Below, in pieces: positions 47,225 through 56,010 of a DNA stretch of 64,000 bases; within the stretch, counting starts at the first letter, position 1, and every line of letters begins with the position of its first letter. A model generated the notes under the pieces. The model was given only the letters and a program-made list of their open reading frames with translations. It had not been told where the DNA came from and ran no database searches. Both the position numbers and the translations under genes were made by a program. This DNA is from Candidatus Sericytochromatia bacterium (GTDB lineage: Bacteria > Cyanobacteriota > Sericytochromatia > S15B-MN24 > JAQBPE01). The stretch lies in NCBI GenBank assembly GCA_035285125.1, contig JAYKHR010000145.1:14653-78652 (forward strand), given 5' to 3'.

Positions 47225-48075
47225 CAGCCGCCCTGCGAGGCGCCGCCGGCCCAGGCCGCCACGGCAGCCCTCGCCTCGCGCGCCGGGCCCTCGGCAGCAG
47301 GGCCCAGCGAGAGCCAGCCGTCGAACTCTCCCGCGGCCAGCGCCTCGACCACCAACCGCGCGGCCAGGTGGGACGCGGCTGGCAGCGCGAAGACGCCGCG
47401 ACGCAGCGCCTCCTCCAGGCCGAGGCCATGGCGCAGCACCGTGTCCAGCACGGCCGTGTCCAGGCCCTGCAGGTGGACGTGCCGGAGCCGCCAGCGCCAC
47501 GTCTCGACCGCGCCGGCCGCATTGCCCCCCCCATAGGCCACGTGCCCGGTGTCGAGCGACAGCCCGACCAGCTCGGCCTCGGTGCCGTTGAGCAGGCGCT
47601 TGAGCTCGACGGGCGTCTCGATCCAGCTCCCCGCCCGCGGGGCGAAGGCCAGCGCGAGGCCCCGGCTGCGGCAGCGCGCCCCGAGCTCGTCGAGGGCCTC
47701 GGCCAGGTTGCGCCACTCCTCGTCCCGCAGGCCCCTGGCGCCAGCATCCTGGACCCTGCCCGCGACGCGCAGCCGCGCGGGCACGCCGGGCTCGCTGACG
47801 ACCAGCACCCCGCAGCCCCGGGCCGCCAGGGCGTCGAGGCGGGGGTTGAGGCCGTTCAGCGCCTCGGCCACAGCCTGCCCGTCGGTGAGGCCCGGCGCCC
47901 ATGTGGCCACGACGGGGCCCGGCGCCGCAGCCAGCGGGAAATCCTGCAGGGCCGCCTCGAGCGGCAGCACCACCCCGTCAAACCCGGCAGCCGCCGCGCC
48001 CGCCAGCGCCTGGGGCCACGCCGAGGCCTCGGCGGCCCCTTCGCCCAGCTGCAGCGCGACGCGCAGGGGGCTCAC
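47224..48075 (-). CDS. IolE/xylose-isomerase-like TIM-barrel protein, degenerate
   Basis: IETPVE, LSLDTGHVAYGG, RHVHL, FDGWL; coupled to both neighbours. Confidence 0.7.
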   Translation of the reverse strand: MSPLRVALQLGEGAAEASAWPQALAGAAAAGFDGVVLPLEAALQDFPLAAAPGPVVATWAPGLTDGQAVAEALNGLNPRLDALAARGCGVLVVSEPGVPARLRVAGRVQDAGARGLRDEEWRNLAEALDELGARCRSRGLALAFAPRAGSWIETPVELKRLLNGTEAELVGLSLDTGHVAYGGGNAAGAVETWRWRLRHVHLQGLDTAVLDTVLRHGLGLEEALRRGVFALPAASHLAARLVVEALAAGEFDGWLSLGPAAEGPAREARAAVAAWAGGASQGG

Positions 48076-49574
48076 GGCCGGCCTCCGACCGCCAGGCCGA
48101 GCCCGGGGGCGGGCTGCGCGAAGGCGCGTGCCACGAAGCCCACCAGGCGCCGCTCGAACTCGGCGGGCTGGTGCACCGCGCTGTTCGCGTGCCCCGCCCC
48201 TGGCGCGAGCCAGAGCTCCTTGTCCACGCCGCTCCCGGCCGTCAGGTAGAGCATGCGACTGTTCTCCGGCGCCACGAGAGGGTCCTGCGCCCCGTGGACG
48301 ATGAGCATCGGCCGCGGCGCCACCCGAGCAATGTGACGGATGGGCTCCGCTTCGCGCAAGTCCACCCCATACACCCGCCGCACGCGCTCGATGGTCGCCG
48401 CCGCCGCCAGCACGGGAGAAGGCAAGAGCGCCGCGGCAATGAAGCCCGAGAAGGCCTGCTGGACGGTCGCAAAGGCGCAGTCGTCGACCAGCCCGCGGAC
48501 CCCAGGGTGCAGCGCGGCGCCCCGGATGGCCGTCGCCCCCCCGAGGCTCGTGCCGTAGATGGCTACCGACCGCAGGCCACGCGCCTCGAGCCAGCGCAGG
48601 GCCGCCGCCACGTCGCGCGTCTCGTGCAGGCCATAAGTGGTGAGCGTGCCCTCGCTCTCCCCGTGGCACCGCAGGTCCATGACCAGCTGGTTGGCATGGG
48701 GGGCGAGCATGGCCACCTGGCCGTGCCGCACGTACGACGCCCGCGTGTCGTCGATGCCGTGGTAGAGGAGCACCGTGTGCGGCGTCGGCACGCGGGCGGG
48801 GATGTACCAGCCCCGGAGCGTGAGGCCGTCCTCGGCCTGCAAGACCACGGGCTCGTAGGCGAGGCCGAACCGCGCCGGCGTCTCCTTGATGGGCAGGCGC
48901 TTGGGGAAACAGGCCTTCCGCACCGCGATGCGGCTCACCACGCCGAAATAAGCGCCGAGGAGGCCGCGCCCCACCGTCCCGGCCAGGCCCCGGCCCTCCC
49001 GAGGCAGGCCACCCAGCGCGAGGTAAAGGTCCCGCGCCTCTGGTGCCGCCAGCTGTCCATCGCCATCGCCATCCGCTGCGGCGAAGGCATCGAGCGCCCC
49101 CTCCCAGCCGGCCAGTTCGGTCAGGGCGCGCCACTCGCGCCGGCTGACCCGCCCATCGCGGTCCGCATCGGCCTGCGCCTGCACGGCACGCACCATGGGC
49201 TCGAACGCGGGCAGCAGGGCCTCGGCGCCCGCCCGATCCAGGGGATAGCGCCACTCTGCTGGCTCGATCGCGCCCGACCGGTCCCGGTCGAAGGCCTTGA
49301 ACTGGGCAACATCGAACCCGGTCTCGGCGCCTGACAGCACGCCGTCGCGGTCGAGGTCAGCAGCCACAAGGGCCGCGTCCACGGCCTCTGCGCGGTCGAC
49401 AGCCGAGGCGGCGACCGCCCGCGTGGGCCAGCGGGAGGCGAGTGGCGGGGTCGGCAGGCGGGCACAGCTCGTCGCGCCCAAGAGGGCCATCAGGAGCGCG
49501 GCCCCCAGGCGCGCCCGGGGGAGACGCCCGGCGGGGCGCTCGCCCAGAGACAAGGATTTCCAGATTAACTTCAA
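48072..49574 (-). CDS. EF-hand + alpha/beta hydrolase probable lipoprotein
   Basis: Four DxDxDG-type loops; GTSLGG, HGAQDPLV, GAGH; GGAGG before the TTG start. Confidence 0.85.
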   Translation of the reverse strand: MKLIWKSLSLGERPAGRLPRARLGAALLMALLGATSCARLPTPPLASRWPTRAVAASAVDRAEAVDAALVAADLDRDGVLSGAETGFDVAQFKAFDRDRSGAIEPAEWRYPLDRAGAEALLPAFEPMVRAVQAQADADRDGRVSRREWRALTELAGWEGALDAFAAADGDGDGQLAAPEARDLYLALGGLPREGRGLAGTVGRGLLGAYFGVVSRIAVRKACFPKRLPIKETPARFGLAYEPVVLQAEDGLTLRGWYIPARVPTPHTVLLYHGIDDTRASYVRHGQVAMLAPHANQLVMDLRCHGESEGTLTTYGLHETRDVAAALRWLEARGLRSVAIYGTSLGGATAIRGAALHPGVRGLVDDCAFATVQQAFSGFIAAALLPSPVLAAAATIERVRRVYGVDLREAEPIRHIARVAPRPMLIVHGAQDPLVAPENSRMLYLTAGSGVDKELWLAPGAGHANSAVHQPAEFERRLVGFVARAFAQPAPGLGLAVGGRP

Positions 49575-49641
49575 GAGACCTCCGACTTAATCCCCCCCTA
49601 TTCTACCCCCTGCCCGCAAGTCCACCTCCCGGAGCGGATCC

Positions 49642-49887
49642 GTGAGCGCCACCTTGCTGCAGATCGCCTCGAGCCTCGCCTGGGCCGCCTTCGACGCAGC
49701 CCGCAAGGCCCTCGGGCAACGCCTCTCGCCCGTGCCGCTGCTCGTGGGCCTGTGCGCCGGCCACACCCTGCCGCTCGGGGCCTGGCTGGCCTGGCAGGGC
49801 CTGCCGCCCGTGGGCCCGGGCTACATGGCGCCGGCGGCGGCCTCAATCGCCGTGATGGCTCTCGGGGTCTGGGTCCTGCTGCACTGA
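49642..49887 (+). pseudogene. short EamA/DMT transporter-like remnant
   Basis: SSLAWAAFDAARKAL is a DMT-like first helix, but the ORF is only 81 aa with about 3 TM segments. Confidence 0.45.
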
Positions 49888-49966
49888 CGAGCCCCCCCCC
49901 AGGCTTGTGTCACGTCGGGTCGCGTGCTATTGTGATGCGTTGGGCAGCGACGCAATGGGGCGTGGG

Positions 49967-50782
49967 ATGCAGTTCTTCCAACCCGGCACGCTCGACGAGG
50001 CCTTGCAGATCAAGGCCCAACACGGCTCCGGCGCCTTCTTCCTGGCGGGCGGGACCGATCTGGTCGTGCTCCGCAACCGGGGGCGCGTGAAGGGCCACGT
50101 CTGGATCGACCTGAGCCAGGTGCCCGGCCTCGACGGCTTCCTCGAGGCAGATGGTTCCCTGCACATCGGCGCCCGCTGCCCGCACGGCAGCCTGGAGCGT
50201 AGCCGCTTCACGGCCCTTGCCGAGGCGGCCGCCTCCGTGGGGGGCCCCCAGATCCGGCACCGTGGCACCGTGGGCGGCAACGTGGGGAACGCCAGCCCGG
50301 CCGGCGACGTCTCCGTGGCCCTGCTGGCCCACGACGCCGAGGTCGAGCTGCGCAGCCTGCAGGGCACCCGGTGCCTCAAGCTCGACGCGTTCTTCCTGGC
50401 GCCGGGCAAAACGGCGATCGCCCCCGACGAAATCATCACGGCGTTTCGGGTGCCGACGGACGTGCGCTCGGCCTGGTTCAAGGTCGGCAAGCGAGAGGCG
50501 ACGGCCATCTCCGTGGTGGCGGCGGCCGTGGGGGTGCGGGCAAGCGGGGCCGTCCACATCGCGCTCGGCTCCGTGGCCCCGCGTCCCATCCGCGTCCCTG
50601 CCGCCGAGGCGATGCTGGCCGAGCGCGGGCTCTCAACTGAGACGGCGGAGCTGGCGGGGGCCCTGGTGCGTGAGGCCGTCAGCCCGATCACGGACGCGCG
50701 GGCCTCGGCGGACTACCGCCGGGACCTGGCGGGCACGCTCGTCTCCCGCCTGCTCACAGGCCTCATCGCCGCACCCGTCTGA
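49967..50782 (+). CDS. xanthine dehydrogenase family FAD-binding subunit
   Basis: LAGGTDL, GGPQIRHRGTVGGN, ASPAGD, DARASADYR. Confidence 0.92.
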   Translation: MQFFQPGTLDEALQIKAQHGSGAFFLAGGTDLVVLRNRGRVKGHVWIDLSQVPGLDGFLEADGSLHIGARCPHGSLERSRFTALAEAAASVGGPQIRHRGTVGGNVGNASPAGDVSVALLAHDAEVELRSLQGTRCLKLDAFFLAPGKTAIAPDEIITAFRVPTDVRSAWFKVGKREATAISVVAAAVGVRASGAVHIALGSVAPRPIRVPAAEAMLAERGLSTETAELAGALVREAVSPITDARASADYRRDLAGTLVSRLLTGLIAAPV

Positions 50783-50804
50783 CGCGCCCGACAGGAGGCC
50801 CCGG

Positions 50805-51320
50805 ATGCTGATCGAACGCTCGCGCGAGATGTCCGGAGAGCCCTCCTGGACGGTCGCCTTCACCCTCAACGGGCAGCACAGGACGCTGGCGCTCGACCCG
50901 ACGTGGACGCTCTACGAGGTGCTCCGCGAGCAGCTGGACCTGATCGGCACCAAGGGGGCCTGCCTGGAAGGCGAGTGTGGCTCTTGCACCGTGCTGGTGG
51001 ACGGCGTCTCGATGAACGCCTGCCTGATCATGGCGCCCCAGGTCGAGGGCAAGGAGGTGGTGACGGTCGAGGGGCTCGGCACCCAGGGCCGGCTGTCGCC
51101 CGTGCAGCAGGCCTTCGTGGAGTGCGGGGCCGTCCAGTGCGGCTACTGCACGCCGGGCCTGCTCGTCGCGGTCGAGGGCCTGCTCGCCGAGCAGCCGAGC
51201 CTCGATGCCGACACCATCCGCAAGGGCCTCGAGGGGAACATCTGTCGCTGCACCGGCTACATGAAGATCCAGCAGGCTGTCGAGCGGGCCTGCGCCCTGC
51301 GCCAGCAGGCACCAGCATGA
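50805..51320 (+). CDS. xanthine dehydrogenase family 2Fe-2S subunit
   Basis: GTKGACLEGECGSCTV, QCGYCTPG, GNICRCTGY; AGGAGG RBS. Confidence 0.95.
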   Translation: MLIERSREMSGEPSWTVAFTLNGQHRTLALDPTWTLYEVLREQLDLIGTKGACLEGECGSCTVLVDGVSMNACLIMAPQVEGKEVVTVEGLGTQGRLSPVQQAFVECGAVQCGYCTPGLLVAVEGLLAEQPSLDADTIRKGLEGNICRCTGYMKIQQAVERACALRQQAPA

Positions 51321-51334
51321 AGGAGGGCCCGGCC

Positions 51335-53677
51335 ATGACCCTGGACACGCTTGCCTTCGAGAGCCCCTCGACGCTGAAGCCCGGGGCGGCGAAGCCCCTT
51401 GTCAAGCCTCCAGCTGTGGGGGCGAGCATCGGCCGGGCAGACGCCGTGCCGAAGGTGCTCGGCGAGACCCGCTACGGGGGCGACATGTGGATGCCCGGGA
51501 TGCTCTGGGCCAGCGTGGTGCGGGCCCACCACGCCCACGCCGAGGTGCTGGGCGTCGACACGAGCGCCGCAGAGGCCGTGGACGGGGTCGTCACGGTGCT
51601 CACGGGCAAGGACGTGCCCGGCACCAACATGCACGGCCTGATCCGACGCGACCAGGAGGTGCTCGCCACCCGCAAGGTGCGCTACCTCGGTGATGCGGTG
51701 GCCGTCGTGGTCGCCCGGGACCGCCGCACGGCCGAGCGGGCGCGAGACCTGGTCAAGGTCGACTACCACGTGTTGCCCGGCGTGTTCTCCATCGACGAGG
51801 CCCTGGCGCCTGACGCCCCCGCGGTCCACGACCACGGCAACCGGATGGGCAGCCAGCGCATCCGCAAGGGGGACGCCGAGGCCGCCCTCGCCACCGGCTG
51901 CGAGGTGGTGGTCCAGCACACGGTGGAGACGCAGTGCGTCGACCATGCCTTCCTGGACGTCGAGGCAGGCCTGGCCATGATGGAGGGCGAGACCGTTGTC
52001 ATCCACGCTGCCGGGCAGTGGGTCCACGAGGAGGCCCGCCTGGTGGCGATGGCGCTGGGGCTCCCGCTGGAGCGCGTCCGCATCATCCAGCCCCCCACGG
52101 GGGGTGCCTTTGGCGGCCGCGAGGACATCTCCGTCCAGATCTTCCTCGGCCTCGCCGTGCTCAAGACCGGCAAGCCCGTGGGGCTGCACTACACGCGGGC
52201 CGAGTCGATGGTGGCCCGCCACAAGCGCCACCCGCTCCGCATCCACTACACCCTCGGCGCCCAGCGGGACGGCACCCTCGTGGCCGCCAAGGTCGAGATC
52301 TTCGCGGACGAGGGCGCCTACGCGAGCACCGGCATCGCCGTGCTGCGAAAGGCGGCGAGCCACGCGACGGGCCCCTACAGGGTGCCCCACGTGCACGTCG
52401 ACGCCCATGGGCTCTACACCAACCAGAACCCCACGGGCGCCATGCGTGGCTTTGGAGCCTGCCAGCTGGCCATCGCCTACGAGGCCGCGCTGGACAAGCT
52501 CGCCGCCGAGCTCGGCGTCGACCGCGTCGCGCTGCGGCGCCAGAACCTGCTCACCAGCGGCGAGATGGTGACCACCACCCAGCGCATCCCGGTGGTCTCG
52601 GCGCAGGCCTGCCTGGAAGAAGCAGCCCGGCGCATCGGGTGGGACCAGCGCGACTACACGGTGGACCCGGCCAAGCCCTGGCTCAAGAAGGGGTACGGCA
52701 TCAGCACGTTCTGCTTCGGGCTGGGCTACGGCGATGGCTTCCCGGACGCGAGCCGCGCCCGCGTCCGGCTGAACGAGGAGGGCCTCGTCGAGGTTTACTC
52801 AGGCGGGGTCGAGGTCGGTCAGGGCATCCATATGATGTGTGCCCAGGTTGCCGCCGAGGAGCTCGGCGTGGACCCCCGGACCGTCCAGGTGACCCTCGCC
52901 GACACGGCCCTGACGCCCGAGGCCGGCTCGAGCTCGGCGACGCGGCAGACCTTCTTCACCGGCAACGCCGTTCGGCTCGCGGCGACCGAGCTCAAGAAGG
53001 TGCTGTACGACGTGGCAGGTCATGTGCTGCCCGTGCACCCCGAAGACCTCGGCGTGGCGGACAGCCACGTGTTCGACCGGGAGCACCCGGATCGGCGCGT
53101 GCCGTTCATCCGGCTGGTGTCCGAGGCCCGGAGCCGCGGGCTCGCCCTCGAGGCACGCAGCCACTACCAGCCCGCCACGGTCACGGGCAGCCCCGAGACC
53201 GGGCTGTCCCCGCGCGTCTTCATCACCTATCTGTTCGGGGCGCATGCCTGCGAGGTGCTCGTGGACACCCAGACGGGGCAGGTGAAGCCGCTGCGGATCG
53301 TGGCCGTGCACGACGTGGGCAAGGCCATCAACCCGCAGCTTGTCGAGGGCCAGATCGAGGGCGGCGTCGCGCAGGGCCTCGGGATGGCCCTGATGGAAGA
53401 GGTCCTGATGAAGGACGGCCGGATGCTCAACCCGGGCTTCACGGACTACATCCTGCCCACGATGGTCGACACCCCCACGATCGAGGCGGTCTACCTCGAG
53501 CACCTCGACCCGGAGGGCCCCTTCGGCGCCCACGGTGTGGGCGAGCCGCCGCTGATCGGCACACCGCCGGCCATCCTCGGCGCCATCCACGACGCTGTAG
53601 GGGTGCAGGTCGCCCAGACGCCAGCGACGCCGGAGCGCGTCTGGCGGGCGATGCGCGAGGCAGGGGTCAGAGCGTGA
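51335..53677 (+). CDS. xanthine dehydrogenase family molybdopterin-binding subunit
   Basis: GGAFGGRE, GAMRGFG, EVGQG, DVGKAINP, GQIEGG, GVGEPP. Confidence 0.93.
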   Translation: MTLDTLAFESPSTLKPGAAKPLVKPPAVGASIGRADAVPKVLGETRYGGDMWMPGMLWASVVRAHHAHAEVLGVDTSAAEAVDGVVTVLTGKDVPGTNMHGLIRRDQEVLATRKVRYLGDAVAVVVARDRRTAERARDLVKVDYHVLPGVFSIDEALAPDAPAVHDHGNRMGSQRIRKGDAEAALATGCEVVVQHTVETQCVDHAFLDVEAGLAMMEGETVVIHAAGQWVHEEARLVAMALGLPLERVRIIQPPTGGAFGGREDISVQIFLGLAVLKTGKPVGLHYTRAESMVARHKRHPLRIHYTLGAQRDGTLVAAKVEIFADEGAYASTGIAVLRKAASHATGPYRVPHVHVDAHGLYTNQNPTGAMRGFGACQLAIAYEAALDKLAAELGVDRVALRRQNLLTSGEMVTTTQRIPVVSAQACLEEAARRIGWDQRDYTVDPAKPWLKKGYGISTFCFGLGYGDGFPDASRARVRLNEEGLVEVYSGGVEVGQGIHMMCAQVAAEELGVDPRTVQVTLADTALTPEAGSSSATRQTFFTGNAVRLAATELKKVLYDVAGHVLPVHPEDLGVADSHVFDREHPDRRVPFIRLVSEARSRGLALEARSHYQPATVTGSPETGLSPRVFITYLFGAHACEVLVDTQTGQVKPLRIVAVHDVGKAINPQLVEGQIEGGVAQGLGMALMEEVLMKDGRMLNPGFTDYILPTMVDTPTIEAVYLEHLDPEGPFGAHGVGEPPLIGTPPAILGAIHDAVGVQVAQTPATPERVWRAMREAGVRA

Positions 53678-53963
53678 GGTCGTCGCGGGTCTGCTTGTAG
53701 GCCAGGAAGCTCTGGAAGAGCTGGTCCTGTGCCAAGGCCCGTTCTGCCTGCTCGGCCGGGTCGTCGGGCCCCCAGCTGAGGAGGTCACCGGGCTGGCAGC
53801 CGAGGGCCTGGCAGAGGTCCGCCAGCACCGAGAGCGACAGGTCGATCGGCGGCACCGCGCCGCGCAGGTCACCCGGAACGGCAAAGCCCAGCCGTGCCTC
53901 GAGGGTGCCCCACTCGAGGCCGATGCGCTCGAGGTGCTCCACCAGGTGCCAGCGCAACCCCAT
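53667..53963 (-). CDS. XRE/Cro-like helix-turn-helix protein
   Basis: LSVLADLCQALGCQPGDLL; GGAGG RBS. Confidence 0.75.
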   Translation of the reverse strand: MGLRWHLVEHLERIGLEWGTLEARLGFAVPGDLRGAVPPIDLSLSVLADLCQALGCQPGDLLSWGPDDPAEQAERALAQDQLFQSFLAYKQTRDDLTL

Positions 53964-53985
53964 CGTCTCGGCCCTCCGAGGCCGT

Positions 53986-54015
53986 ACGTTAGCGCCGTGA
54001 CGCCGGCCGTGTCAA
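53986..54015 (-). promoter_or_regulatory. sigma70-like promoter of the XRE gene
   Basis: Minus strand TTGACA-N18-TAACGT. Confidence 0.5.
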
Positions 54016-54048
54016 CCAGATGATCCCCGATCGTTCGACCATCACAGC

Positions 54049-54211
54049 GCACCCGGCGCGTTCGCGCTACCGTGAGGGGTAAGGGTCGGTCCGACGGGGC
54101 CGGCCCACGGCGGGCAACCAAACCCTCTAACGTTGTCGTGGCAAGGCATCGCGGGTTTAGGCAGGGGTCGCTGAGGGTATGAACCCGGTGCGGCGGAAGC
54201 CGCCTCACCGG
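54049..54211 (+). ncRNA. structured leader or small RNA candidate upstream of a lipoprotein operon
   Basis: Closing stem 54049-54063/54181-54191, two internal hairpins, GGAA-tetraloop hairpin, alternative pairing 54185-54190/54206-54211. Confidence 0.45.
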
Positions 54212-54230
54212 TCGCAGGGAGGCCCACTCG

Positions 54231-54824
54231 ATGGGTAAGTTCACGAACCGAGTCCTGGGAGCCGTGGCCTGTGCCACGCTGGCCTCCAGCCTGCTAGCGG
54301 GTTGCAAGTTCTTCGAGATCACCAACCCGCTCATCCCCAAGGCCCGGGTGGTGGCGTTCCCTGAGCCCAGCTCGATCAACCTGAACCTGACCTACAGGCT
54401 CGCCGACAACACGATCCAGTTCGAGGTCGAGGACGCGCGGGCGAAGGTGCGCACCTACCAGGGTGACGCGAGCCCTGGCATCGTCTTCCAGGGGTATGCC
54501 GCCGAGTACTTCGATCAGACCAACCTCCCGATCGCATCGCTGCTGCTATCCAAGGTGAACTTCGGCGTGTCGGCTTACCTGCCCCCCGCCAGCGGCAACA
54601 CCCCGTCGGAGATCGAGATCGACCTGCCGATTTACAACCAGCAGGTCCGCTCCTACGCGATCGACCAGGTGTTTGTGGGGCGGGCGCCCCTCATCGGCCT
54701 CAACCGGAACCTGATCCACACCATCAACTGCCGGGTCACGCTGTTCGGCACCGACGACAACTACAACGAGATCGAGGTGCCGTTCGCGGTGCCCATCCGG
54801 TTCAACGGCGACATCCAGCCGTAG
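54231..54824 (+). CDS. lipoprotein, Ig-like beta-rich
   Basis: GGGAGG RBS; LLAGC lipobox. Confidence 0.85.
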   Translation: MGKFTNRVLGAVACATLASSLLAGCKFFEITNPLIPKARVVAFPEPSSINLNLTYRLADNTIQFEVEDARAKVRTYQGDASPGIVFQGYAAEYFDQTNLPIASLLLSKVNFGVSAYLPPASGNTPSEIEIDLPIYNQQVRSYAIDQVFVGRAPLIGLNRNLIHTINCRVTLFGTDDNYNEIEVPFAVPIRFNGDIQP

Positions 54825-54833
54825 GAGGCGCCC

Positions 54834-55943
54834 ATGCGCTCGCTTAACCGCACCCTGCTCGCAGGCCTTGCCGGCCTGTTGTCGACCTCGACGCTCCTGT
54901 CGGGGTGCGACACGACCGGGCTGGTGGCTCAGTTCCCGGCCCTGTCGCCCTACCTGGGGCCCCGCCCGAAGGCCGCTGCCTTCTCTCTCGGGCGCGGTCA
55001 CATCGCAGGCCGCGTCGTGCGAGACCAGGACGTCCCCGTGGGCAACGCCTTCGTGACGACGGGCGGGGCCTACGCCTTCAGCGCCAACTTCCCCACCAAC
55101 CCCGAGGACATCGAGCTCGCGTCGGACAGCGACAACGGCCGGGACAAGATCTTCGTCGAGCACGAGTTCGAGGACGGCTCCGTGGAGCCTGCGTTGCGCG
55201 TCGTGCGGAAGTTCCCGTCTGGCACCACCAAGGCGGGCAAGTACTACTACCTGAAGGCGGGCGAGTTCCTGCTCGAAGGCATCCCCGAGGGCGAGGTGCT
55301 GGTGACGGCCTCCTTCGGTGAGGTGCGCACCGCCCCCACGCGCCTCACGGTGTTCCAGAACTTCCTGCTGACGGGCCTCGTGTTCAAGCTCGCCATCCCC
55401 GAGCCGCTCGACAAGGTCAACGGCCAGGATCCGCAGGTGCTTGAGTGGTCCAAGCTGGAGCCCGAGAACGGCATCACGCTGAAGATCACCACGCGCTCGG
55501 TGGTGCAAGACGGGGTGTCGAACGACGAGACCTCTGTGACCTACAACCCCGACCCGCCCGACGTGCGGGTGACGCTGCGGTCGCCGCCGGGAAGCGCGGG
55601 GGGCACGGTGGCCTTCTACAAGATCTTCTACACGTACGCCACGGCAGCCAGCGTGGCCACGTCGGGCGGCAAGGAAATCGCCCTGCCCGCGATCACCTAC
55701 CCCACCCCGCCGATCACGGTGCCGCCCGGGCAGCAGCAGAACTACGGCCCCTCCGTCGAATTCAGCATCCCGCTGGGCTCCACCGCCATCCAGAAGCTGT
55801 TCCAGAAGCCGCAGGCTCAGGAGGCGGACATCCCGATCTTCGTGGTGGCCCGCATCAACTTCCTCAACGCCAACGGGGACACCTTCCAGGGCCCCAACGG
55901 CCCGCTCGAGGTCGCGGTCCCGATGCGGTCGCTGACGCAGTAA
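54834..55943 (+). CDS. lipoprotein, beta-rich
   Basis: AGGAGG RBS; LLSGC lipobox. Confidence 0.85.
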   Translation: MRSLNRTLLAGLAGLLSTSTLLSGCDTTGLVAQFPALSPYLGPRPKAAAFSLGRGHIAGRVVRDQDVPVGNAFVTTGGAYAFSANFPTNPEDIELASDSDNGRDKIFVEHEFEDGSVEPALRVVRKFPSGTTKAGKYYYLKAGEFLLEGIPEGEVLVTASFGEVRTAPTRLTVFQNFLLTGLVFKLAIPEPLDKVNGQDPQVLEWSKLEPENGITLKITTRSVVQDGVSNDETSVTYNPDPPDVRVTLRSPPGSAGGTVAFYKIFYTYATAASVATSGGKEIALPAITYPTPPITVPPGQQQNYGPSVEFSIPLGSTAIQKLFQKPQAQEADIPIFVVARINFLNANGDTFQGPNGPLEVAVPMRSLTQ

Positions 55944-55964
55944 CGGCCGGGCACGCAGCGGCCA

Positions 55965-56002
55965 CGCCCGGTGGGGTGCACGCCTCACCGGGCGGCGCTT
56001 TT
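55965..56002 (+). terminator. intrinsic terminator
   Basis: CGCCCGGTGGGGT-GCAC-GCCTCACCGGGCG followed by GCGCTTTT. Confidence 0.6.
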
Positions 56003-56010
56003 CCGGGGAG

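Noticed and set aside
49967-53677. Selenium-dependent molybdenum hydroxylase linked to the selenoprotein
   Set aside because: No in-frame UGA and no yqeB/yqeC/selD-like genes in the window; substrate cannot be inferred
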